Shown in pieces: positions 19,101 to 28,100 of a DNA stretch of 64,000 nt. The position numbers and the translations under genes are program-made. The first letter of the stretch is position 1, and every line of letters begins with the position of its first letter. The stretch comes from a virus: the IMG/VR virus record IMGVR_UViG_3300005805_000058, positions 1-64,000 of that record. One strand, written 5' to 3'. The notes beneath the pieces are model-generated. The model did not search any database, had not been told where the DNA came from, and saw only the letters and a list, made by a program, of their open reading frames with translations.

Positions 19101-22100
19101 ACGCCTATGCAAAATTTAGCATCTCCTTTTGCAATATTTGATAAACGTATAAAACCGCAAAGAGTAATTGGATATTCTCCTGCTTCTGGTGATGTAGGAG
19201 ATTACCCAGGAGGAGAGGTGAGTGTTTATGACTATGACCCTCTTGCTGTAAAACCTTATGACTTAAGAACTCCCCAAGAAAAAATTGAATGGGAGAAGAA
19301 ATATGGAAAACCTAAAAAAGAAAAACCTAAACCTACATCTACACCAGTTAAGAAAACTGAACCATCTAAACCAGCAGAACCTGTTAAAATAGTAGAACAA
19401 CCAAAACCTGTTGAAAAGAAACAGAATGTATACGAAGGAACTCCTGTATACTCTGCAACAGTTGGATCTGGTGGACCAAGTGCTCTTGTAGGATTTGCTA
19501 ATCAGAAAGGTGATACAACATTCATTAAACCTGAAGACTATGAAAGGTTTGGTGTTCCTAAATATGGTAGGGAGTATATAGAAAAAGCAACTAAGAAGTT
19601 TAAAGATGGTGGTGTTAGCGTTAATGAAGCTGATGCACAACCAATAAAGAAATTAGACCAACTACTCAATTTTACAAATTATAATGACATGGCAAAAGCT
19701 AAAAAGGGTAAGAAATTATCAAAAGCTGACCTAGGGCAATCCTTAAGTAGCATCAACACTGACCTCAGCGGTATGGGAGGAATTGGAGGAGCATCTACAC
19801 AACTGTTAGGTGGTATACAACAGTTGATAGAAGAAAAGAAACAAAGGCAGAAAACCAAACAGTTTGCTGCACTTAGTGATGTTGCTGTACAAGCTGCTAC
19901 ATCTAGACCTGTAGGCATGCAACGTAAGTATGTTCGTCCAGAGGATATGTTAGTTAATCCTGGTGAGACAGGTTCTCCTTATGGAACAGGATATGATTTC
20001 CTTCAGATGGAATATGGAGGAATGATTGGTGGTAATCCTACAGAGATACAGAACATGTACAATCCTGGTGATTTATATTCAGACTTAGGATTTGAACCTC
20101 TTAGTGATAGCAGTAAGGTGAAGCAATTCAAGCAAGGAGGAAAGGCTTTCTATGGTATGGAAACAACAGGAACCACTACAACTGCTTCTCCTTTTAATAC
20201 ATCAAGCTTTGGTGCACTTGGTCAAACTCTAGGTAGTTTTGCTGGTGGAGGTGGTGGACAACAATCAGGTGCTGGTCAAGTTGGTAGTGCTGTTGGTGGT
20301 ATTGCTGGAAACATTTTGCTTCCAGGAGTTGGTGGTGTTATTGGTAGTGCTTTAGGTGGTGCCATTGGTGGTGTTATTGGTGGGCAGTCTCAGAAGAAGA
20401 TGGAACAATTGCAAAGAAGAGCTCAAGGTAACTTGGGATCAGCAGCAATGCAACAATCTTTACAAGGACAATTCTCTGGATATATGGAGCACGGTGGTGA
20501 GCTTAAATACTTAAGCCGTGAGTGGCAGCCACAAGTGATCACTAAGTTTGGTGAATACGATATGAAGGATCTACTAAAAGCTCCAAAGGATGCAGACATG
20601 CTTAGAGCTGGTGGTCATCTTAAGAGTTACACTCCACCAAGTGAAAGGGCTATGCAAACATATGCAATGGGTGGAGAACTTCAAACTCATTGGGGTGGCT
20701 ATGCAGAACCTATTTCTGAAAATCCATATCTACCAGATGGTGGTGAAACTGTAATGTTCAGAGGACAATCTCACGAAGAATCTGATAGTAAAGGAAGAAC
20801 AGGTATTGGTGTTACGTACGGTGATAATCCTGTAGAAGTGGAAAGAGGTGAACCTGCCATAAAACTTAAAGATGGTGGAACAGGAGAAGATAGTATGGTG
20901 GTATTTGGCAATATGATTATTCCTTCATACGGAGTGTCTGAGCTTAATGATCCAAAAGCTAAAGGCATGAAGTTTAAAAGATATGCTGCAGAATTGAGTA
21001 AGCTTGAGAATAAAGCTAATAAGGTGAGTGATAAAGCATTAAAACTAATTGATGAAACTGATGGAGATGATCAGTTTGGTTTACTTTCTCTTTCTACAGC
21101 TAACGCTATGTTGAAAGGATCTGACATGAAACTTAAAGATGCAGCTATGAAAAAACAACTTGCTGCTGGTATCCAGAGTGCTATTCTAGATACAGCAGAA
21201 GAACTAGGATTAGAGAACGATGCTCTAGCTAAGGGTAAGATTAAACCTGCCAAGGGTGGGGGTAAATTCACTTCTGCTCAGATGGGAACAGCTCTTCCAA
21301 ACTCATACACAGATATAATGTTTAATAAATTTGGTCCATTCAATCCTCTTGAAGAAGTGGTGGTACAAGGAGTGAAACCCAAAGGTGCAAGTTCTAAAAG
21401 TAAGGTTGCTAAAGCTGCTGCTACAGCAGCTCCTATAAAAAGACAAATGGCAACATTAGACTTTACACCTAGAGAACTACCAGCTGACATGAGCCCTATT
21501 GTAGAAATAGATTCTTTGAAAACTACAACTCCTGGTATAGAGAAACTTAAATCGTTCAAAGCAATTCAACCAGAAGAAGATAAGTTTAATGTAATGGATT
21601 TTGCAAACCAACTAAACCCTTACATTAGACCACTCTTAAGAAATCCTCTTGACCCAGGTCAACTTGCTCCAGAGATGATGGCTTTAGCAACTAATGTTGT
21701 AGAACCTGTTCAGGCTCAACAATATATGCCTATGTTGGAACAAACCCCAACTGTGTCTTTCCAAGATCAGTTGAACGAAATACAGGCTGAAGTAAATGCT
21801 ACCAGAAGACTACTAGGAAATAATCCAGCAGCACAAGCCGCTTTATTTGCTCAAGCAGCTGCTGCTAAAAACAAGGTGTTGGGAGAACAGATGAAAACTA
21901 ACCAGATGTTCCAACTGGAGTCTCGCAGAAGAAACTTAGATGAATTGAGGAAAGCTGGTGCTTTGAACATTGATATTCTTGATAGACAAGCAACTAGACA
22001 ATCTCAAGCTAGATCTGCTACAAAAGCACAAGCTCAGCTGGCTCTTAGTTCAATTGCTGACAAAATTGCTAGAAACAGAGCTGAAACGTTACAGGCTAAC

Positions 22101-22307
22101 GTTATGTCAAATATGTATCCACAATACACATTTGGTCCTAAGGGTAGGGTGTTTAACACTGGGCTTACAACCTTTAATACTCCTCAGTTGCTCTCACAAT
22201 ATAGTTCTGATGAGCTACAAAAGTTTGTAGACGCTAAGAAAGTGGAAGAGAGTAAGAAAAAAACTGGTAGAAATGGCTCTATTGTTAAAGCTATAAAAAA
22301 CCTCTAA
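16188..22307 (+). CDS. Cargo/ejection protein 1, a modular polyprotein with repeated x-x-x-GG motifs
   Basis: 2039 aa directly after the muzzle. Contains G.SHE..G...VEVE.GE, GQW..PG...IPSN.ITM.GV.YPV, a glycine-zipper hydrophobic segment and more than 10 (M/F/Y/K/A)xxGG motifs. Confidence 0.75.
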   Translation: MAKKKLTSKKAKNGIEGTMGGLTDIGFNYNGAWGGTMQDGGLTFLEPTSRKLPKGYVIPYNTPSTELAMSIGGVGNEPAYLIPSFKYGRLLEDPISEFRKTGEHLGGPFKTYQEADEWERTVRHPYVEKGQSIPTPLKRWGKDFAMGGSLPGAVGFTYARVAGAAPDNGPYAKKTKASAQDGTYVKKPRTDMLTMDEYRLQQALANQPQVAPSSKPIDIEERNRKNKAYAQKYGRKYNERTGAVEPLVSPSTERTMNRVMENIVAPSLLTADVMLAAPIASSAVKSLGKSALTKIGKKAVTSPNKGILGAPPNEIRVSESIFGMTPEQFAEYNASERLPDVDPTVRIGSIREFERAIEDWGSRSNISGGDLPSRYIERFQDIGSRYNINLSNFDIEQKIRSLSPIDKSKFLTDIYREFPTRTTLSELTRERAGRTGGSEILPESYGRATASQSVGARNISGLTKEEVLKIAPPKDKEVISKMTEDEFRKTVTKPTGEVVPYYQGDLMPQFTGKQNVEAISPNQYTDLFNANVNRLNEIIAGRNKSGVEYRVKELSPSGQLIFETPEQVIVNANRPIPQHYLDAFNKIDKPGFLYKGYGDKLYFSNMDGSPGFTSKQEAKEWITDIIEKERGTKIKSGESTWSVGINPGKWEGEVEDIASSMYYRSIPGLDMRNTGASVFSDRTPRRGTGAYESINEYLKELGLGRVKPGFNSQTEYSRGLWENAVKKGKAFGFYNDPRVVYGSMRSLLPYAGLGALGAGAIEQKRDGGEMKYYQEGLDFKPKTISKDGSILTPYGQWEYPGEITTIPSNEITMQGVPYPVLGISDEGDVQMMYPGEDYTFDGKSVTEYPMMQGGGSLPTRGDSLRVYNAQLALNNFYNKEVKAGRLKKSTQLPFDVYPKIFDNELTSRNLEFYRETISDRKRRHQRGGGYFDDQYKKYFNLTPEQVKKLENQGLGITKSSTPNVEYYRDLITPMQNLASPFAIFDKRIKPQRVIGYSPASGDVGDYPGGEVSVYDYDPLAVKPYDLRTPQEKIEWEKKYGKPKKEKPKPTSTPVKKTEPSKPAEPVKIVEQPKPVEKKQNVYEGTPVYSATVGSGGPSALVGFANQKGDTTFIKPEDYERFGVPKYGREYIEKATKKFKDGGVSVNEADAQPIKKLDQLLNFTNYNDMAKAKKGKKLSKADLGQSLSSINTDLSGMGGIGGASTQLLGGIQQLIEEKKQRQKTKQFAALSDVAVQAATSRPVGMQRKYVRPEDMLVNPGETGSPYGTGYDFLQMEYGGMIGGNPTEIQNMYNPGDLYSDLGFEPLSDSSKVKQFKQGGKAFYGMETTGTTTTASPFNTSSFGALGQTLGSFAGGGGGQQSGAGQVGSAVGGIAGNILLPGVGGVIGSALGGAIGGVIGGQSQKKMEQLQRRAQGNLGSAAMQQSLQGQFSGYMEHGGELKYLSREWQPQVITKFGEYDMKDLLKAPKDADMLRAGGHLKSYTPPSERAMQTYAMGGELQTHWGGYAEPISENPYLPDGGETVMFRGQSHEESDSKGRTGIGVTYGDNPVEVERGEPAIKLKDGGTGEDSMVVFGNMIIPSYGVSELNDPKAKGMKFKRYAAELSKLENKANKVSDKALKLIDETDGDDQFGLLSLSTANAMLKGSDMKLKDAAMKKQLAAGIQSAILDTAEELGLENDALAKGKIKPAKGGGKFTSAQMGTALPNSYTDIMFNKFGPFNPLEEVVVQGVKPKGASSKSKVAKAAATAAPIKRQMATLDFTPRELPADMSPIVEIDSLKTTTPGIEKLKSFKAIQPEEDKFNVMDFANQLNPYIRPLLRNPLDPGQLAPEMMALATNVVEPVQAQQYMPMLEQTPTVSFQDQLNEIQAEVNATRRLLGNNPAAQAALFAQAAAAKNKVLGEQMKTNQMFQLESRRRNLDELRKAGALNIDILDRQATRQSQARSATKAQAQLALSSIADKIARNRAETLQANVMSNMYPQYTFGPKGRVFNTGLTTFNTPQLLSQYSSDELQKFVDAKKVEESKKKTGRNGSIVKAIKNL

Positions 22308-22379
22308 CTAATTCAGTTATACCAACTTATGAAAACTCGTTAGAGCTCTTGGTTGTTATAATATTTTAAATTAAATTTG
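22305..22379 (+). promoter_or_regulatory. Bacteroidota-type promoter with an upstream palindromic box
   Basis: CTTG (22348-22351), 20 nt, TAAATTTG (22372-22379); box TAACTAATTCAGTTA at 22305-22319. Confidence 0.6.
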
Positions 22380-22394
22380 CTAACTTAATCTATC

Positions 22395-25121
22395 ATGGCT
22401 TCATTTACTGACCAAATAATGCAATTTAACCCCTACGTTCAGCAATTGCCTGTTGAGGCAATGGCTCAGGTGGGTATGTACAAACAGCAGAAGTATGAAG
22501 AGGGAGTACAGAAAGTACAGAGCTATATTGACAATATAGCTGGATTAGACGTTATTAGAGATGTTGATAAACAATATCTTCAGTCTAAACTCAATCAGCT
22601 TGGCAGCAAACTTAAAAGTGTAGCTGCTGGTGACTTCTCAAACTTCCAATTGGTTAACTCTGTAGGGGGTATGGCAACACAAATTGTCAAAGATCCTACA
22701 GTGCAAAGTGCTGTACAGTCTACAGCCTGGTATAGAAATCAGCTTAGTAAAATACAAAAAGCTATTGATGACGGTAAATCTAGCCCAGACAACATATACA
22801 ACTTCAATAAAAGAGCTGAAAGTTGGTTAAACTCAGGTAAGGTTGGTGAGAAGTTTAATTCTTCTTACACTCCTTTCTTTGATGTATTCAAGTTTGCAAA
22901 AGAAACATTTGATGCTGTATTACCTGACGGATATTCATACGATCAGGTTTATGTTACAAATCCAGATGGTAGTATAAAAACCGATGCTAAAGGAAACCCT
23001 ATCTATTCTCCTGTAATGGTTAGATTGGAAAAAGAAGGAAAGTTTCCTGAAAAAGTTAGACAAACAATAGAACAAATCTTTTCAGATCCTAGAGTTGGTC
23101 AACAGCTTGGTATAAGTGGAGAATATAACTACAGAGGATTTTCTCCTGAACAGCTTGCTCAGAGAGCAGAAATTCAGAAACAATCTCTTCTAGAAGGGTT
23201 GAATGATAAACTTGCTCTACTTACATTAGAAAGGAACACAGGTAAAGATGTTCAAGATAAGATAGACGAAGTTAACTTACAGATAGAAAATGTCACAAAT
23301 AAGTATGACCAGTACAAAAGCCTAGCATTGGAAAACCCAGATGCTATAAGAGGCATTATGTACAAGGACGATGTTTCTTCTAGATACACTACAATGTTTG
23401 GTGGTGTAAAAACCAAAACTCAAACAGTTGACAATCCTGGATGGAAAGCTAACTTTGAGCTAATGAAGGAAGCAAATGTCACTGCTAGGTTTAGAGAAAC
23501 AATGGATTTTAATTATGAAAAGGAGAGATGGGATAGAGGATTTAAAATGCTAGAACTTCAAACAAAGGCAATTAAGAAAATTGGGCTTGGTGAAGTTGGT
23601 ACAATACAAGACTTTCAAGCTTCTGATCCCACTTTGTACATTGCTCAGTTTGAACAAACATATGCAAACGCTGCTGATAGATACAGCGGTTCTGCAAATG
23701 AATTGATTTTCTCAACTGCATTAAACACTCCAGCCAATCAAGATAAGCTAAACAAATTGATTAGTGGAGGTATGCCAAAAGAACAAGCAATGAATGTTCT
23801 AATTGGAAATGCAGCTAAAGCTAATGGTGAGGATGCAGATCAATTTAGATCTAGATGGGTACAGAAGTCTATGGAAAAGATAAACCAAATGTCCCCAGCA
23901 CAGTTGCAAAAAGATCCAATGTTGCAGAACACTTACAATAGTTTCAGTGCTGCAAAAAATGATTTTATAAATCTTAATAACACTAAGAAGCAAATCGAAT
24001 CAAGACTTGACAAAGGTGTTCTAGAAATCCTTGATGATAAAGGAATGGGTAAAGGTTTACAGAGTACAACAGTTACAATTGAAGGTAGACCTGTTACAAT
24101 CACTGGAGAGGATTTGTTCAATGCAGCTATTTATGCAAAAGGAAATCAAAGTTCATTTGGATTTTTAAATAGTCCAGAACTGAGAGAACAAGCTAAACTA
24201 GCAGAAGCTAAACTTACACAAGCAGGAAAAGGATTTCTTCTTAACTATGCTCTTGAAAGAGCAATTGTTCCAGAGGGTGCGCCTCCAATCACCACTTTAC
24301 TAAGAGGTGTAAGAGGTGTTGGTAGAAAGATTTTTGGAGACACAATTACAGGAGATCAAACATTAGTTACACAACTTAACAAAGCGTATAAGTCTCTAGA
24401 CGATGCTGTATTGATGAAAGCTGTACAAGCTAAGTCAGATGCAATTAAATCTTCTGGATTCTCTGTATCTCCAAATCTAAGAATGGATATTTTAACTGGT
24501 GATGCTGAAGCAGATAGGTCATTGATTAACTTTATTGGAAACACTGTAGGTAACTACGGCACTAATAAACAGAATCTTTCTGCTGACTTTGATGGAGAAA
24601 CAATTAGTACAATCCTTGCTGACAAGAACAACTTCAAACCTTTTGAATTAAAAACCTCAAGGAATGATGCCACTGGTGAAGTGTTCCCTGAACTTGTATT
24701 CTATAACAGTGCAGGTCAGAGAGCTGCTGGTATGTCAATCACTGCAGAGGAAGCTAAAGGTATGGGAGTTAATGTCAACTCATTATACGAAGCTCCTGAG
24801 ATAAGAAACATCAGAAGCAGGATTAATTCAAACCCTATCAGAAGTACATCCTTTGGAGATCCTAGAAGTGAAAGCACTTATTTACAAGGAGATGTGCTTT
24901 TTGAAAAGGCTAATCTTCCACAGCTAGCAGGCCTTCCATATGATGTTAAAGCTAACATTCAGGAAGTGAATGGTTTAAACTACGGAATCATTTATGTAAG
25001 TGATGGTAAGTCTAAACCAAAAATTAGAGTGCTTCCTCCAACTCAAGATGTTGCAGAAACTGTACAAAAGATTGTTGCAACTCCTCCAAATCTAATCACT
25101 GCAATACTAAATGATAAATAA
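22395..25121 (+). CDS. Cargo/ejection protein 2
   Basis: 908 aa, mostly helical; N-terminal F.PYV.Q.P......G...QQ.Y; located between cargo protein 1 and the virion RNAP. Confidence 0.7.
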   Translation: MASFTDQIMQFNPYVQQLPVEAMAQVGMYKQQKYEEGVQKVQSYIDNIAGLDVIRDVDKQYLQSKLNQLGSKLKSVAAGDFSNFQLVNSVGGMATQIVKDPTVQSAVQSTAWYRNQLSKIQKAIDDGKSSPDNIYNFNKRAESWLNSGKVGEKFNSSYTPFFDVFKFAKETFDAVLPDGYSYDQVYVTNPDGSIKTDAKGNPIYSPVMVRLEKEGKFPEKVRQTIEQIFSDPRVGQQLGISGEYNYRGFSPEQLAQRAEIQKQSLLEGLNDKLALLTLERNTGKDVQDKIDEVNLQIENVTNKYDQYKSLALENPDAIRGIMYKDDVSSRYTTMFGGVKTKTQTVDNPGWKANFELMKEANVTARFRETMDFNYEKERWDRGFKMLELQTKAIKKIGLGEVGTIQDFQASDPTLYIAQFEQTYANAADRYSGSANELIFSTALNTPANQDKLNKLISGGMPKEQAMNVLIGNAAKANGEDADQFRSRWVQKSMEKINQMSPAQLQKDPMLQNTYNSFSAAKNDFINLNNTKKQIESRLDKGVLEILDDKGMGKGLQSTTVTIEGRPVTITGEDLFNAAIYAKGNQSSFGFLNSPELREQAKLAEAKLTQAGKGFLLNYALERAIVPEGAPPITTLLRGVRGVGRKIFGDTITGDQTLVTQLNKAYKSLDDAVLMKAVQAKSDAIKSSGFSVSPNLRMDILTGDAEADRSLINFIGNTVGNYGTNKQNLSADFDGETISTILADKNNFKPFELKTSRNDATGEVFPELVFYNSAGQRAAGMSITAEEAKGMGVNVNSLYEAPEIRNIRSRINSNPIRSTSFGDPRSESTYLQGDVLFEKANLPQLAGLPYDVKANIQEVNGLNYGIIYVSDGKSKPKIRVLPPTQDVAETVQKIVATPPNLITAILNDK

Positions 25122-28100
25122 TGCCTGAAGAAAAAATCATTAATTTAGGTGGCACAATAGAAGGATTTCCTGTACAAGAGACTGGAAGTTTCAATGGTGG
25201 CAATGGTGTACCAGCAAGTCTTTCTGTTAATGATATATACAATTCTATAGGTACAAAGCCTGTAGGTAGACCTTCTATTTCCATTGATTCATTCTACACT
25301 GGTGATAGATATTTAGCTTCTCTCCCTGGAACAGACACAGAAGAAATGGCTGCTCAACAGCAGTCTTCTGGTGCTAAGTGGGTGAATGCTATTGGTAAAA
25401 TGGTGGGCACTGCTACAGGTTCTTTTGTATCAGGTACAGCAGGTTTAGTTTATGGAATAGGTAAAGCAGCATATGATGGAAAGTTTTCTTCATTGTACAA
25501 TAATGAAGTGACTCAATCTATGGATGAAATGTCAAAGTATCTAGAAGATGCTTTGCCAAACTATTATACAGCAAAGGAAAGAGATGCTGATTGGTGGGCA
25601 CCAGATAATCTACTTACAGCAAACTTCTGGGCAGATAAGGTGCTTAAGAATCTAGGATATTCTGCAGGAGCAATTGGTGGTGGTCTTGCTTGGGGAAGTT
25701 TGTTCAAAGCAATAGGATTAACAAATAAACTTGTAAAAGCTGGAAGAGCATTAGAGCTTGTTACAGAAACTGAGAAAGCAATGACTGCTGTACCTCGTGT
25801 GCAGCAATTTGCCACAATGCAAAACACATTAACTTCTCTAGGTAAGAAGTTTTTACAAGGACCAGCTTCTTCTATTCTAAAGTCTTCTGATAGAATACTC
25901 ACATCAGCAATGGGAACATTTGGTGAGGCTTCTCTTGAGGGCTTAATGAACATGAATGACTTCAGACAAAAAGCTATTGAAGATTACAAAGCTACATATG
26001 GTGTAGCTCCTACAGGAGCAGCACTTGATGAGATAAATGAATACTCAGAGAAGGTTGGTAACTTCACATGGGGATTCAACACATTGCTTCTTACAGGAAC
26101 CAACTACATTCAACTTCCTAAAATACTAGGATCCTCTAGAAAGAATGATAAGATGTTGCTTGGTGATATTGAGAGAGATTTATCAAAACCTATTGGTTCT
26201 CAATGGTATACACCAAGACCTGGACTTTTGCAAAAGACAAAAGGTGCAGCTGGTTTGTTTTTCTCTAAGACTGAAGCTTTTGAAGAAGGTGCACAGTTTG
26301 CAATTCAAACTGGAACAGATGCTTTCTTTAACAGAGCATATGAGAACAGAGAAGACATATCTAGCTTCTGGAGTAATCTTGCTAGTGTGTTTGAAGGAAC
26401 AATGAACGAAGGTATTGAGAAAACTCTTGATACAAAAGAAGGAATGGAAAGTATTCTTATTGGAGGTTTGTCTGGTGGAATACAACAGATTAGAGGAAAC
26501 GTTAAACAAGAAGGATTTTTTGGAACAGGAGGTGAGCGTGCAAGAAATACAGAAATTGCTCTATCTGCGTTAAATAAAACAGGAACTCAGAAAGTTCTAA
26601 AGGATCAAGTGAACTTCTCTGCAATTGCAATTAACTCTCAAAGACTTAGACAAGAAGCAATTGCAAACAATGATATCCTTTCTGAAAAGGATTATGAAAG
26701 AGACTATGCTCTTTCCTACATCATGCCTCGTGTGAAGTATGGTAAAACTGATTCAATTTATGAAGAGGTTGATAACTATGTTCAACAAGCAATGTCTGAT
26801 GAAGGATTCAATGAACTTAAGAGTGAGGGAATCATTGCTGAAGATGAAACTAGAGAATCATTTATTAAGAGAGCAAGTGGTGTAAAAGAACTGGCAAAGA
26901 ACACAGAGAAACTATATTCACAAATAAACGACAGATATTCTGCTTATGTAGACAGTAATGGTGATCGTATATTTTCTGATGCTGTAGTTGATAGAATGGT
27001 GTATGCTGCTAGCAAGGTGAGTGATTATGATGTGAGAATACCAGATTTGAATGCCTCTCTCATAACTGCTGGTATAGATACACAATCTGTCTTAGAAGGA
27101 ATCATTGAAAACAATGAACCTTCAGTGGAAGCAACAAAAGCTGCTTTAGACAAGATAAACGCTATGAATATTATATCTGAAGAGAAGGACACTCTTAAGA
27201 GAGATCTTCAGGATATAATTGAACTGTCTTTGCGTAGAAAGCTCTTTATTGATGATTATGAAGGGATTAGAAGAAATCCCACTGCATACAAAGAAGTTGA
27301 TAAGATAGTAGATACAGAAGAACCTGTTGTTGTAAAACAATCAGTTGTATCAGAAGAAACCAAAAGAAAGAAAACTGTAGAGAAAGAACTTGAGCTTGGT
27401 AAGGAATATTCCTTGAAACAAGTTGCAAAGGTTGAGAAGGGTAAGTTACAGCTTGCTCCAAAGATTACAGTGATGTCTAAAACTCTTGGTGGAGAATATG
27501 AGGTGAGACTTCCTGATGGAACAGAAACATTTCTTAAACCAGAAGAGTTTAAGCAATACCAAGTAACAGAACAAGAGATTGATCCTAAGCAGATTGAAAG
27601 TATTGTAGATGAAGCTATAGACACTGTTCTAGCAAAGAAGAAATATAAGAACATTGATAAGCCAACAGAGAATAAACTTTCATATGTTAACTCTCTTGGT
27701 AATCAAGAACTTCTTAACGATATTGAGAAAGAAGTTGAGAGAAGGTCTGAAGAGCTTATTGCAGAGATTACAAAAGAAGATGAACTTGCTGAGCAAGCTA
27801 GTTTAACAAAAGCTCTTGAAGAAACATCTGACATTGGTATTCAAACAACTGATATTAATACAGGATCATTTGAACCAGATGCTAAGAAAACAGATCAAGA
27901 AGTTTTAGATAGTACAAAGCCTCCCGTTGAAGGTTATTCTCAGAAGGAGTCTCTTGCAGAACATCATGTTCGTGCTAATAGATTTGGAGCTAACTACTAT
28001 TCTTTCCCTAACAATGAGAACTTCCGTGGTGTTATTGTAACACAGAAGAACGAAGCTCAGGTGGGTGTGCCTGGACTAATGCAGCATTTGAAGGATAAAG

